A DNA stretch of 64,000 bases from Octopus sinensis (taxonomy: Eukaryota), in NCBI RefSeq assembly GCF_006345805.1, contig NC_043003.1:68820001-68884000 (forward strand), given 5' to 3'. The position numbers and the translations under genes were made by a program. Numbering within the stretch: the first letter of the stretch is position 1; each line of letters starts with the position of its first letter. Below the pieces are notes generated by a model that was given only the letters and a program-made list of their open reading frames with translations, did no database searches and was not told where the DNA came from. Positions 24,400 to 39,289 of the stretch are shown here, one piece after another.

Positions 24400-24960
24400 T
24401 CGCATAGCAGTTGCCGACTCACAGACACTGACCAAACGATATTCGAAGGCTGTGAGCTGTCTGCACTGATCTCACGCCTCTACTTCTGTCATCGCTTCTC
24501 ATGTTGAGCATTTCAATATCGCTGATTTCGAGAAAATGTACAGTTGTTATCAAGATGTTGCGGGTTTTAATGTCAATTGAGTAGAACTTTGCTACAGACC
24601 AATCACACCGTCCAAAATTTTGGAATCGGTACAAGTACAGTAAATACATTGTAGGATAATATATTTCAGAGGAAATTCCTGATAGATATATTTTTCTAAG
24701 TCAGATATAATATTCTCGGGTCATTCGATCTTTATTCGCATCACCTTCGATGGATAGGTTTTTGTCAATGCTAGGTATTTGTAGCGGTACTTGTATGAAC
24801 AAACTTCCTTTCGGCCAGTTTCCTTTTCTGTGTCAGCTGGTAAAGTTGCTATTAATTCCAAAAGTTTTTGGCATTAATAGCATTTTTAGTATAAATCTTC
24901 CATTCTTCCACAAAGAAATGATTAGTTATATCTGCAGATGTTGTAGATCCGAGCAGAAAG
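24400..24960 (-). pseudogene. Decayed R4-like RT fragment
   Basis: ITNHFFVEEWKIYTKNA..FLELIA and DWSVAKFYSIDIKTRNILITT..SDIEML..RGVRSVQTA. Confidence 0.7.
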
Positions 24961-25325
24961 ACATTAAAATTTTGAAGCAGGAATGATAATGGATTTAATG
25001 CCAAAATGAACAGAATTACAGAATGACATTCTACTTGGAATACACCATTCGAAATGTTTATAACGACAGATACGATCTTTCCACTCTTAATTTAGAGGGG
25101 AGCTACCCACGACTTTTTGTAATGCGCAATGGCAGTAACAAAGCTAGCAGGTACTTTTGGTATGTTTAACTCTAGATACCCCATCCATGTATATATATAT
25201 TTATATACATACGTATATCATATATATATATATATACACATATATATAATATATATATATATTATAATACATACATCATATGTGTATATATATATATATA
25301 ATATATATATCATATATATATATAC

Positions 25326-25377
<52 letters not shown>

Positions 25378-25427
25378 ATACACAAGCATATACACATATA
25401 TAAATGTGTGTATGTGTACATACATGC

Positions 25428-25491
<64 letters not shown>

Positions 25492-25767
25492 TATATACAT
25501 ATATATACATGTATATATATACATATATATATACATATATACATATACTATATATACATGTATATATATATACATATATATATATGTACGTGTGTATGTA
25601 CATATTCCCTTTCTTCTCTCTTTCCACATATATCCTCCATTAAAAAAAGTACTCACTTCAGCTTTGCACCAAATAAATCTCTCCTAGTTTTATATTTGCT
25701 ACATATAAGGACAACATTATGTATATATACATATACATATATGTATGTATATATATATATATATATA

Positions 25768-25815
<48 letters not shown>

Positions 25816-26260
25816 CATATCTTTGTACGTGTAAGTATGTATGTATGCATATGTGGGTATATGTATGTCTGTATTGGACATGTAAGTATATTTTCATATT
25901 TTTCCTATCATTATACAATGTCTTATATATATAAATATCTCACAATCTAACTTAAAGTCATATTCGTATGTAATTGCATTGACAACTTAAAATAGTTCTG
26001 TATATTCTTTAGATGCCTCGCATAAAACAGTCAGATTGCCTTTTAATGGCATAATTATTGCGGAACAGTTAAAATGGAGTTTGTGGTGATTTTGTTTTCT
26101 CTGTACGTTATTATTTGCGCCTTAGTGAGAGAAAATGTAACATGTGTGTGCATGTGATCGTGCAACTGGGTACATCTCTTTGTTGAAACAATGGGATAAA
26201 CACACTTCAAAATAGGCACGTTTACATACATACTAATATATATACACACACACACACACA

Positions 26261-26301
<41 letters not shown>

Positions 26302-27334
26302 CATATACATATTTATAAATATATAGATATATATGTATAGATATATACATATATATACATTCATATATATAAAGATATATAGATATATATATACATATAT
26401 ATAGATATATAAATATGTATGTATTTATATACATATATGTATATATATAAAAATAGATGAATGTATTTATACACACGCACTAATACACACACATATATAT
26501 ATGAATATGTATGAATATGTATATTCGTATATATATTAAACGAACATATATACTTACATCAATGCATAGATACATGGCTACATAGACATATAGATGTATG
26601 CATGCACATATACATTCACACACACACATGCGCAAACACACACATATATATATATATGTGTGTGTGTGCGCGTGTGTGTGTGTGTTTGTGTACATGTGTG
26701 TGTGTAAATGTGAGTGTATATATGTGTGTATGTATCTATTTGTCTAAGTAGCCATGTTTCTTTGAATTTATGTACGTATGTATATTCGTTTCCGGTGACG
26801 GCTATTCATAGAAAAAGTTGAGGGAAAGCAACCGTTTTCATTGCGATGCAGAATGTATGTTCATTAAAAGAACGAAATAAACTTAACCATAATTTATTGT
26901 AATGTTTGTTCACTGTGTTAGCCATTCCTTTGTAATGTAACATACACACGTGCGCGCGCGCTGAACACACACACAGACGCATAGACACACACACAAAGAT
27001 TTATACACACATACACAAATTGAAAACATATACGATATTTGTAGATGAATAAATATTTACGATAGCTTTCTGTGTGAGCATATATAATTATATACATACC
27101 ATTAAATTCATATTTTGCATTCATAAATGTTATATTACACATGTGTGAGACTGTGTATATACACATGCGTCTATGTATACGTACATTGTATGCACGTATA
27201 TGCATGCATTTACATTCATATATCTACATATATATGTAATACATATATATATATATATATACATATATATACATATTAATACATTATATATATGTATGTA
27301 TAATATATATATTATCTTTACATATAAATATATA

Positions 27335-27380
<46 letters not shown>

Positions 27381-27657
27381 CATATATATATTTATATGTA
27401 TAGATATAGATATAGATATACATATACATATATATATATACATACATACATACACACGCACACCACACACATACACACACAACTATATATATATGGCCGC
27501 AGTCAAATGACTGAAACAAGAAGGACAGTAAAACAGTATATATATATATATGTGTGAGTGTGTGTGTGTGTGTGTGTGTGTAGATATGTATTCTTTAATT
27601 GTTTTATAGATGCATATATATTATATGCATATACATACATACTTACGTATATATAAT

Positions 27658-27725
<68 letters not shown>

Positions 27726-28201
27726 ATGTGTGTGTGTGTGCGAGCGTGTTTTGTTGTATGTCTGTGTGTGTACCATCGCGATATTTTCCAACAGAAAATA
27801 TTTAAAAATCTGAAATATTTTCAAAATATGTAGAACAATCACCAAAAGCATAAATATAATTTCTTCCGTGCGTGTGAGAGGAGAGATGTGGGTGTTCTTA
27901 CCGTTATTATTTCCTAATGATCTCGTTTTCAATAAATGACAGAAATATAAGCATTATATATGTGAATGTCTGAAAAGTCATACGTAATGTATACATACGT
28001 ACATACATGCATATAAATATTCCTATGTACATTCACACACACACATACAAATATTCATATATATATATATATTTACATACATATATATATTAATATTTAT
28101 ATATAAATATATATGTGTGTGTGCATGTATTTTATATATATATGTAAATATATATATATTATAATATATATATATATGTATGGTATGTATGTATATATGT
28201 A

Positions 28202-28253
<52 letters not shown>

Positions 28254-28350
28254 TATATATAATATATAATTATATCGTATTTACATTAATCATAAGAATT
28301 AATATGATGTGGCATAGGATTGATTACCTTTAATTCCTTATATATATATG

Positions 28351-28382
<32 letters not shown>

Positions 28383-29492
28383 CAGATTTACATATACATA
28401 TACATATATGCAAATTCATATACATATATGCAAATTCATATACATATATACGTTTCTGTGTGTATTTGTGTCTGTGTTTGCGTGTGTAAGCTATATATAT
28501 GTCATTATATTTAAGGCTGTTTATGGTCATTTCATATAAAATATATGCTTTTCAAAATTAAGATGTTTTTGTAATAAAACTGCAGCATTTTGTCTTTTGA
28601 AAGACAAAACATGTTATATGGGTGAACGTATATAAATTGCTTGTTACTATGGAATCATGTTTTAGCTTGTTTCATCAAAGTTCTAAATATATATCATCTA
28701 CGACGTATTTTAAATTTAATGATTGTGCGTATACGCTTAAATAGCCATAAAAGCAGTGAGGAGACATTTTGTGATAATGGAGGAGACATGAAATGAAAAA
28801 TTTTAAGTGTGTCATCTATCTAAAAATTGTCTACGCTTCATTTGATTAATTACTACACGAAGGAAAACGCTTAGCTTTCTCGTTCGTATCCTTCTAACTC
28901 TGCTTGTGTAAACCTGGCCCATATAAATGATGGTAGCACGAAAGACAGATAGAAAACACTGGAAATAAATATGTATTGGTTTGCTGTGGTGTGCTATAGT
29001 TTGGCGATGGCTGAGCATGAGTAAACTGCGAAGTCCTTTACGTTTGTACAGTTCGTTATTTTATGTGAATTATAACTCAGAATATTGTACGGCGGTGAAA
29101 CATTTGACAAAGAAATTATCATACGGACAAAATGGAAGCTACACAGGTATGGTAGGAATGGACTTACATGTGAAATGACAGCAACATATGACAAATGAAT
29201 GCCTTTACGGAAACCAGCCGAAAGTCGGCGAGAAGTTCATGCAAGGTGGCTGCGACTGTCTGGTCACAGCCTGCGTCACTCTCGGCTGGAATCATCCAAA
29301 TGAATCCAATGGAACCTAATTTATGGTGATGTAAGCAGAGGAACATGTCGTCACACATCGCTGACTTAATTGCAGACACTAGCCTGGAATGTATTCACGA
29401 CCTTGAGACAGTGATGATGGATCAAGTGTGGCTGATAGACTTCGTTGCTGCGACCCAGATTGGAACCCGACCATAAAAATATAATAAGTAAA

Positions 29493-29720
29493 GGAACGTG
29501 GCCCCGTGGTTAGGTTGTTGCACTCACGATAAGTAGATTGTGGTTTCGATTTCCGAACCGAGGGCTATGTTGTGTTCTTGAGCAAAACACTTTATAATAC
29601 GTTGCTCCAGTTCACTCAGCTGCAGACGATCAATCCTGCGGCAGACCGGTGTCCAGTTGTGGGTGGATGTTGCGATCTCGGTCACTTATACGTCGTAGTA
29701 AAGGGGTAGGTGGACCTAGA
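29493..29720 (+). mobile_element. tRNA-derived SINE (family C-like)
   Basis: GTGTTCTTGAGCAAAACACTTT...GTTGCTCCAGTTCACTCAGCTG is shared with 46734-47050. Confidence 0.7.
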
Positions 29721-29769
29721 ATCATAGGACTCGAGACAGTATTGTTCGGAGGTTGGTGAAGGTAATGCT

Positions 29770-30051
29770 AACGATGATGGTGATGATGATGATATGATGA
29801 TGATAGTGATGATGATGATGATGATGATAATGAAGGGGAGGAGGAGAGGAGGAAAACGATGACGAGATGATGATATTGCTGTAATGATGATAATGATGAT
29901 GATGACGATAATGACGAGGAGGAAGAGGGGAGGGGAGGAGGAGGAGAAGGGTAGTAAAATGATGACGAGATGATGATAGTGCTGTAATGATAATGAAGAT
30001 GATGACTATGATGACGAGGAGGATGATGAAATTGATGACGACGATGACGAC

Positions 30052-30107
<56 letters not shown>

Positions 30108-30112
30108 TCATC
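29770..30112. repeat. Compound (GAT)n/(GAC)n/(GAG)n microsatellite with an internal ~100-bp duplication
   Basis: Direct inspection. GATGACGAGATGATGATA.TGCTGTAATGA occurs twice. Confidence 0.9.
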
Positions 30113-31175
30113 ATATCTGAGAATAACAGGTCATTTTGCAGAAAAATGTAATTTTCGCATGCTTTTCTCCACTAACTTAAGACGAAGATTCGATGGAGCT
30201 GGTAGAGCGTCAGGTAGAATGGCTTGCGGTGTCTGTCTCTATTTTCTGTGTTCTAAGTTTTAAATACCGTTCTCTGTTTTTGCATTTCGCACATCCTGCA
30301 GAAAACTACAGCGACCCCCATTCTTTTTTTCTCCCTCTCCCACTCAATCTCACTTTCTCACCCACTTCACACTCAGTCTCTATCACTTATTCTCACTCTC
30401 TCACCCTCCATTTACTCTCTGTCCACTTTCCCGCCCCTCGCCCCCCCCTCTCTTTCGTTTTTTCGCTCTCCAGAATCAGTTACACAGAAATAACAAACAA
30501 AGGGCGTTCCAATGCTGCCCACCACCAATACTAATCTATTCACTATCGAAATTCACTAAGAAATAAAAATAACAGTTTTATTTTTCCTCGTGTTACTTCC
30601 AATTACAAATGTCTGCTCGGTTTAATGGCTCCTCGGTATATACAGTTGACTAAATATAAAACACGCTTTTTACTCTGGAATTAAGCAATGTATCGAACGG
30701 TCCAAATGTCAGATATAACAAACATTTACTGGAGATGTTTGTTCTATCGGTGATATTTGAATATATTGAGATGCTCTTTAGAAAATCTAACCACAGTCAC
30801 CTGACCTTAAAAGAACGTCTCAGTGGGCACTTTAAGATTACAGAATATAGCAACAGACAGTAGAAGTAAGCAGGCTGTAGCAGCAGAAGCAAACATTGTA
30901 AACTGTAGCAGGAGAGGAGAGAATTATACAGACTGTAACAATAAAGCGCTTATTTTATATTAAAATATGTGAACAACAGTGTCGTAATCACAGGTTTCCA
31001 GCAGGCTAATTACTAGTTCACAGCATTTTCGATAGCAGCGGTGATCATGAAATGCTTGCAGTCCGATGGACTTCGATCAAAGATCACCGCTTTTATGCCG
31101 ATATGCAACGGCGAAAAATACAAGCAAAACACACACCACACACACACACACACACACACCTCATATCATATATAT

Positions 31176-31575
31176 AGGTGCAGGCGTGGCTGTGCGAAAA
31201 GAAAATTGCTTCACGGTCACACGATTCGGGGTTCGGTTCCAATACGTGGCGCTTTGGGCATGGGATTTATACTATACTCTCGAACTGACCAAAGACTTGT
31301 GAAAGGATTTGGTAGACGGAAACTGAAAGAACCTGTTGTATAATTGTGTGCGGGCGTGTGCGTATGTGTGTGTACGTGTGTGTGCGTGTGTGTGTGCGTG
31401 ATTTTCTCTGTCTCCCAACCGATGTTGGTGGGTTTACGTTCTTGGAGAGACACCGATAGAATAAGTGTTAAGCTATAAAAATGATAATAAGTCCTGGAGT
31501 CGATTCATTCGACTAAGAATTTCTTAAGGTAGTGCCCCAACATGACCACAGTCTGTGGACTGAAGCAATTAAAAT
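31176..31575 (+). mobile_element. Diverged SINE family B
   Basis: GGTAGACGGAAACTGAAAGAA, CCGATAGAATAAGT and GTCGATTCATTCGACTAA landmarks. Confidence 0.75.
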
Positions 31576-31654
31576 GGACAAAAAAGATTAGTAGATATAA
31601 ATAGCCATACCTATATATATGCATGCATGTATGTATGTATCTGAAAACGAGGTA

Positions 31655-31845
31655 ATTTCTACTCATCTCCTCTGGAAGCCATCTCCTCGCGATACCAGAG
31701 GGCGCACACTCTCCTACCCTGATGTAATCTCCAGGGATACAGGCATCCAGCAACAGGGCCTCCGTAATGCTATGATGGACCGTGAAGTCTGGCGTAGCAT
31801 GGTAAATTCCATTGTCTCGACCACGGTCGAACAATGATGATGATG
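31655..31845 (+). mobile_element. RTE LINE 3' end with (TGA)n tail
   Basis: LLWKPSPRDTRGRTLSYPDVISRDTGI...LRNAMMDREVWRSMV..*, then TGATGATGATG. Confidence 0.75.
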
Positions 31846-32502
31846 TATCTATCTATCTATGCATGCATATATTATCATTGTAAACAAGCGTATTGTTAGT
31901 TGTAAAAATGTACGCATATATGATAATTTAAAATGCTGAAATTAATAGCCTGGAGAAAATTACGAAACGGGTGTAATCATAGATATCATATGGAAATAAT
32001 GAACCTGTATTTACTTCTCGAATTTGAATTTATGATTATATACACATGTGTATATATGATTATATACGCATATACGATCCCTACGATAGTAGCAAATGGC
32101 ATTGTTAAGTTCAACATTTACTTTTCCGCGACCATGTCAACGCTCTCTAGCTAATCCAATTTTTGACAAAATTAAATGCGATTAAGTTCGTTTTGTGATA
32201 TGATAATTGAAAATTGTTTTGGTAAAAAAAATAAAATAAACGTTATAAATCGTATGCAAAAAAATGGAAAGTACCGCATTGGTGCAAGCTCTAAGCAGTA
32301 TATTTTCTTGATTTCTGAATAATTTTTCGTTAATTTGCATTTAAATAAGAATTTCAACGAAGGGACTCAAATTATGTACAACACTTCAACCCTGGAGCCG
32401 TAGGAGAGGCAAGGAAGAAAAAAGTGATCGATTTCAAGGTATTCAGTGAAGCACCAATTTTATTTATACACACGCATACAAACACGCACGCACACATATA
32501 CA

Positions 32503-32535
<33 letters not shown>

Positions 32536-32549
32536 AACACACACGCACA

Positions 32550-32618
<69 letters not shown>

Positions 32619-32754
32619 GAATAACACGTATCCACACTCATATATACAATTATTCACACGTACTTACGAGTTAAATCTACTTTATTCACTTCAATCACAT
32701 GTGTTTAGGACCATATTTTAGTGAATATAATGGTTGGAGTAATTTCTATTTGTG

Positions 32755-33066
32755 TATAATTAAGGATAAAATCATTATAAAGATTTGATTAAGTAGCCAG
32801 CATGTAATAAAAATCATACAGGTAACAATTAATAGAAATATACAATCATATAAATATAATTATAATAAGGGCACTAATAAATAGCACCACATGCTAGATA
32901 GAGACGCCAAATGGTTCTAAAAACTACATCATGTATTCCTATAGCACGAGTTGAAAGCAAGGAAAGTGAACAAAGAAGAGTATCTATTTTTATTAATTAA
33001 TTATATGATTATATTGCATGCTGGCTGCTTGATGAAATATTTATAATGATTTTATCTTTAATTATA
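32755..33066. mobile_element. ~310-bp element with ~63-bp inverted arms abutting (TA)n
   Basis: 32755-32818 is approximately the reverse complement of 33004-33066. Confidence 0.65.
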
Positions 33067-33654
33067 TATAAATATATATGTGTGTATGTGTTTGTGTGCG
33101 TGCGTGTAGTTGCAGGCATTGCTCTCGTGGTGAAAAAGGCTTGCTTCCTAACCACATGTTTCCGGGTTTAGATCCCATAGTTACCTTCTACTACTAAATT
33201 CTGGCGAATTGGTTTGATAGATGGACACTGAAAGAGGCCAGTACCACCGTATATGTATATATATGCATATATATATATATAAGAATACAAAAATGGGACA
33301 AGAACGCAAAACATCCAGACAGCTAGATGATACAAAAAAGGGACGAGAAAAAACAAGGACGGATCATTCGAAGTTTTCTTTCCTCAGTCGAGTTCCAGAT
33401 TGTCTTTGCAATTTCGGCTGGTTATACTCAAGATTGCTCCAATCTGGCCAGCACCAAGGAAAAAACTAAGCTAAGAGCACTTGATTCCTTGGAAGAATGT
33501 ATACGAAAACAAGGACGGAAAAAATCGGAGAAATGGTACACAAATGCACATAACAGGACATAACAACATGTGTCTTTCGACTAAGGACGAATCAAATTAA
33601 GCTGGCGTGTGTAGAAGTGAAGCCTTACGGCGGTGACATAAGAGGTAACAGGCA

Positions 33655-34305
33655 TGGGGATGAATACAGATGTTGCACGGATGCCCCATAAACAACAACT
33701 GTCTCGAGAAAGAACTCGTATACAAGGCCAATATCACAGACCCCAACGTAATAGAAAAGACGTATATCGGAATTATGGACAACTCGTACAACGCGGCGAG
33801 CTTGCAGAAACTTTAGCACGCCGGGCGAAATGATTAGCGGTATTTCGGCTGTCTTTACATTGAGTTCAAATTCCGCCGAAGTCGACTTCGCATTTCATAT
33901 TTTCGCGGCCGATAAATTAAGTACCAGTTGCGTACTAGGGCCAATCTAATCGATCCTCCCCCCTCCCCACCGAAAAAAGAATTTTGCGCCTTGTGACTAA
34001 AGTATAAAGAAAAGGTAAGTTATACACAACATTTGGCGTCATTCAGAGAGAAAAAGTAAAGACATGCAACATGCCTGTCAAATATATGGACATTGAAAGA
34101 AGGTGAAATAAGCAATCACCAGATAGAAAGGAGAATTATCGCTAAAGCTAAAGTATACAGAGGACGTGGTACCAAATGTGAACTCTGTATTCCTAAAAAA
34201 TTAAACATCATACAATCAAAAGATAACATCCTAAGTATTGTGGATGAAAGTTACTCTCCCTGCATACACAAGCAATAGTTTACACTCAAATATTTCAAAG
34301 AATAG
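33655..34305 (+). pseudogene. Second PLE (Naiad-type) GIY-YIG endonuclease relic, split by a SINE
   Basis: GCPINNNCLEKELVYKANIT..KTYIGIMDNS | SINE | YTQHLASFREKK*RHATCLSNIWTLKE..RRIIAKAKVY..KCELCIPKKLNII..CIHKQ. Confidence 0.8.
33793..34012 (+). mobile_element. SINE family A inserted in the GIY-YIG relic
   Basis: Homology to 13791-13995. Confidence 0.85.
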
Positions 34306-35794
34306 CCACTATCTGCGACGGCCACCTTTCCTAAACGTGAATACACATAGCACACAAACACCACAAAAGATTCCTCAGTTCATATTACAAGTATAAGAAC
34401 ACCACGCTCAGAACAAATGAAGATAATATAAACAAACTGGTCACACAACAAATATGCCCAAGGGAGACAAACATCCCAAACCTACCACCCAAGTGTTACG
34501 TCCCTTCAGCATTTGATACGTTGTTGCATTCACGTGAATTCAGGAGAACCCCGTGAATGAAACGGTGATGTGTTTTCCAAAATGAACTCGAACACCTTTC
34601 TCCGTGTAATCGGCTTGAAATTTGTTAAGACACTAAGATATTTTCCTACTTTTAACATGAAACCAATGGTAGCCTTAATTCACAAACAAAGAACTTACAT
34701 CAACCAATACCGATATATGTACGTGTGGATATATGTGTGTGTGACTTTCTCTCAGAGTTTGTCCCCCCATCACCACTTGACAGCAGAAGTTGGTGTATTT
34801 GCATCCCCATAACTTAGCAGTTCTGAAAATATTCGATATAATAAGTTCCAAGCGTAAAACAGTACTGGGTTCGAATCATTGAAGTTGATATCATCAATGC
34901 AACAAAACGTCATAACTTCTTGAGTTGGCGTTTGGTTTTTACGAAATGAGACGTATTGATTACCCATGGATCACAGAGGAAGGTGAACCCATGAACTTTT
35001 ACTTGAACGTATCAAGTGTACCCCTGGTGTGGGGCAGTAAATGCCTTCGAATTATCTATCGAAGTCCACATTAACATTGTATTAGTTCCTGATAACTTTT
35101 GAAATTTTCATTCGATTTTAAATTTACGGGACACATTGGTTACCAATTGCTTAAAGATGATGTTGAAGACACTTATTGAATGTGGCTTTTGTAATGCAGT
35201 CACTTATTGAATTTGGCTTTGTAATGCAGCTTCGATAATTGGCAGTCCTATAAAATGAATTTGGACTTAGTTGTTATTCATTTACTATAGATGAAGATAC
35301 AGTGAGTCACATTTACTTCCATTTCAATTCAACAAGAGGACCCCTCGGGGACAATGATCCTGAATCCTTAAGCCATAAAAGTTCAAAGTGTTACAATAAA
35401 ACAGCTTCAGAACTTCGGAAGTTTATTATGGTTATTGCCTGCGATAAGATAAAATACCACACATTACTTTATCCTTTGAATTCTGAAAGGTAACCCCCTA
35501 GTGAGGGCAGTGAGCCCATATTATGGTTGTACCAAAGCATTTTAACTTCTATAAATAACAGTCAATTTAAATGAAGGTTACTCATGTAACTACAAATGAA
35601 TGAGCAACTTTTTAAATCCCCTTGACTAAACCTTAGTTAACTTTAGGATGATTGAATTTTATTTTGCATTCGGTTGTCTCCCCCTCTTAATTTCACCACT
35701 ATTAAGTGTGGAATGGGGATTGGCGTCATTTCACTCTCTTAACCAAAAGAGCGCGGTTTAACCCAGTTGTAAATTTTAACGCCTACTGTAAGTG

Positions 35795-36215
35795 GGTTGT
35801 TAATTACCCTACAGAATTTCCTAACACCCTAGACCCTCCCGGATTTCCACTGCACTTATTACTCTTCAGGAATTTGGAATTCGTCTGGTCATCCAAAAGG
35901 CGATACCTCATGTTACTGAGGCAACAATACTTACATAATGTGGTAAGGGGGATACTGTCTTCATACCAAGGATACCTCTTATTCCATCCGGTAAAGACAT
36001 TCCTTTCATATTCAGAAGGTTGCAATTCTCTCTCCGGCTGTTTTACCATCTCGATTAACAAATCACAGGGTCAGACACTGACGGTCGAAGGGTTTAATTT
36101 AGAAGAACCGTACTTCTCCCATGGCCATCTATATGTTGGCTGCTCTGAGTGGGGAGCCGACATAAACTATTTGCTTTTGCAACTCGCGAGAAAACCCAAA
36201 ATATAGCCTATAAGG
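35795..36215 (+). pseudogene. Helitron Pif1-family helicase C-terminal fragment
   Basis: YPTEFPNTLDPPGFP, TISINKSQGQTL and EPYFSHGHLYVGCS (helicase motifs V and VI). Confidence 0.85.
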
Positions 36216-37474
36216 AAATTATGTAGGCGCCCTATCCGCCATCAAGTAATCGCTGCATTTTTGTATAAGTGATTACATTTGCTGTACGTCTCTGAGGTTG
36301 CGTTTGCTATACGTTATAAATGTTCAATGTCTCTGTTTTCCGTATGTATATGTTGTTATCCCGCTTTGCCATCGATGTTCCCTACATCTTATTTACACAT
36401 TTCTTTTCGACATTCCAGCGTTAAATTGACAAGGCTGCTTTTGTGGCCACCAACTTTTACATGCTTTTCTAGGTTACAATCTCAAATAAAAAGCAAAGCA
36501 AATACGACACACCAAAGTGGTGTGAGGGACTTCTTAAGGGCCACCACGTCTAATCGAAGTCGTCTTTGCGTACAGCTCTGCCGCCGGGACTTTTAATTGT
36601 AAACGAGTCAAGGCGCTCTTCATGGCCACAAAGTTTAAATTGTTACTTCTGTAGCCATGTTTGACGGAAGTCCTTCGGTTCATCTGAAAGACAACGCCAT
36701 TGAGAGTTATACCGGGCAACGCAGGGTACCTTATACATCATTGATGTGTGTGTGTATGCGCGTGTCTATTTATATTTATTTATATATATATATATATATT
36801 ACACACACACATACATACATATATATATATAAACATATATATATATACTGCTTCTCTGCAGTTTTCCTCAACTAAATTTCATTCGCAGCCTATGGAGTTC
36901 AGCAATACCTGCCACGCTCTAGAATTGAACAGGGAATTACGCAATTCAGAACCGAATTTAGATCTGCACTCATAAACCCGAAGTCTTTAGAAAGCAGTGA
37001 GCACTTTAAATGTACAGAACGGTCATTAAAATTATTTCCTCGTTGTTGTTCTGTTCTAGATTACTCACACAACACTAAAACACAAAACAGTATTATAAAT
37101 CAATAAAAAAAATCTAAACGTTTGCCTCTGTTCACATTTTTAATATAACCATGAAAAGTGTTTGTGACATTCTTCGTTTTTTAATAAAACCAGCGTTTAT
37201 TGAAATACTCCAAAACATTTTAATTTGTCTGTCCATAATTTAGAAACAATTATTAAACTGGTTTCTGGAAGTAGCCCAATAGTTCTAAATATATCAAGTA
37301 TTTTGATGTATTCTCTTTCAATATCAAATATTTTCTGGCCTCAATGAGCAGAGTGAATGAAATATATTGTGTTATATATAAAATCTGTGCACTTTCCATA
37401 GTAAGAGATAACATTGGTGCAAAAGAGTACAGATATATTTCAATCAATAATTTATTTGTCGTTATTATTGCTGT

Positions 37475-37885
37475 TAATATCCTTTTCTTCGCTAGGCACA
37501 AGGCCCGAAATTTGGGGGGGAGGGGACAAGTTGATTAGATCAACCCTACTGCATAACTGGTACTTAATTTATCGACCTCCGAAAGTATGTAAGGCAAAGT
37601 GGACCTCGGCGGAATTCGAACTCAGAACGTAAAGACAGGCGGAATACCTATTTCTTTACTACCCACAAGAGGCTAAACACAGAGAGGACAAACAAGGACA
37701 GACAAACGGATCAAGTCGATTATATCGACTCCAGTGCGTAACTGGTACTTATTTAATCGACTCCGAAAGGATGAAAGGTAAAGAGGACCTCGGCGGAATT
37801 TGAACTCAGAACGTAACGGCTGACGAAATACGGCTACGCATTTCGCTCGGCGTGCTAATTTTCTGCCAGCTCGCCGCCTTTGTTG
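37475..37885 (-). mobile_element. Composite or tandem SINE family A
   Basis: Two GGAATT(T/C)GAACTCAGAACGTAA B-box segments; head CGCTCGGCGTGCTAA...CTGCCAGCTCGCCGCC at ~37845-37880. Confidence 0.8.
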
Positions 37886-39289
37886 CTGTTAATATGAAAA
37901 CCTGCATTGATTGAGTAGAATCATTATCAAGATTATTTCACCCGAAAAGATATACACGTCTCATTCCATACCACGTTTAACTAGGACTATATTAGCAAAC
38001 GTGTATTTGTTTTCTTCAGGACACTAGGATATTGCTTATTAGAAATCTGTCTGATAGTTGTAGTATATCATTTTACCACGTAAGTACCACCGCTTAGTGT
38101 GGAACCGATTCACTTTATAACTCTATTGCCGCGCTCTCTTGTTCTCAGTCACTCGCATTGTGACTATTTAAAATAGTAAACAGACACTCCATGCAGAAAC
38201 ATTTTAAACATATAGATAGTTAACTTTACATGAACCACAACGTTTTCTAAGCTTATAATCAACAATTAACGTTACCCCATTTGAAATGCTACCGTAACAT
38301 CGATAAAAATACTTCATTAACATCAGTACTACGTTTATTGCTTCAATTCCAATTATCATTCTGTTTTCGTTTTCTGCTTTTTGTCTCTTGCTTCTTTGTT
38401 GTTTTTTTTTTTTTCCTTTTTCTTTCTCACTTCATTTCGACTCTAAGTTATTTTCGTCGCCATTGCTACACAGTAAAATTTCTTTTGTAGCTGATAACTA
38501 CTTTGATATTGTATTATATTTAAAATGTCAAGTGAGGCCAGAAAGTTCAAAATATTTTCATCTCTTTCTTCTCACTAAAACAATTTTCTGAGTTTGCAAC
38601 GTAATAAAAGTCAATTTCAAATCGTCGCATTACATTTCTTTAAAATACGTTGATAATTCCCACTTTACTTTCATTTATTTTATTTTTCAATTTGCTATTT
38701 CATACACTGGGGTTTCAAAACCATTATCTGCTTTTCCAATTGTCCATGATTATATTGCCATTTGCCAAAAATAATTTAACTCTATGATTCATAATTCATT
38801 GTGTCCCTCCTCAATACGAATAAATTAAAATATAATAGTTTTATGCACGGAACTAATGTATGTTGCTTGTGTGTGTGTGCGTGTATGTGTGTGTGTGTGT
38901 GTGTGTGTGCAGTTGTGCATCTGAATGAACGTATGTAGGTGAATGCATGTATGTATGTCATCTTGAATGTTGCAATTGTAGTGTTTGTGTGTAAATAATA
39001 AAATATGTGAGTGTATATATGTATATTTGTCCAACTGAAAATTTTATGGGCGAGAATGTTGTGTGCGCGCCGCTTGTGTGTGTATTTATCTTAATTGGAA
39101 CAGCAACAGCAACAGAAAAATAGCATTGACATTTTATATTGAAAATTCTAATGAATTTTACAAAGGATAAATTCCACTCAGAAATTAATAGAGATCGACA
39201 AAATTCTAAAGGACACTTTGGCTTTTATGAGATTCTGACTATTGAAACTGAACAAAAGACACAGGCAACTATAATAATAATTCTATCTA

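Noticed and set aside
36705-36740. Helitron 3' hairpin ACCGGGCAACGCAGGGTA
   Set aside because: Plausible given the nearby helicase, but the hairpin is imperfect and no CTRR end follows; not enough to call a boundary.
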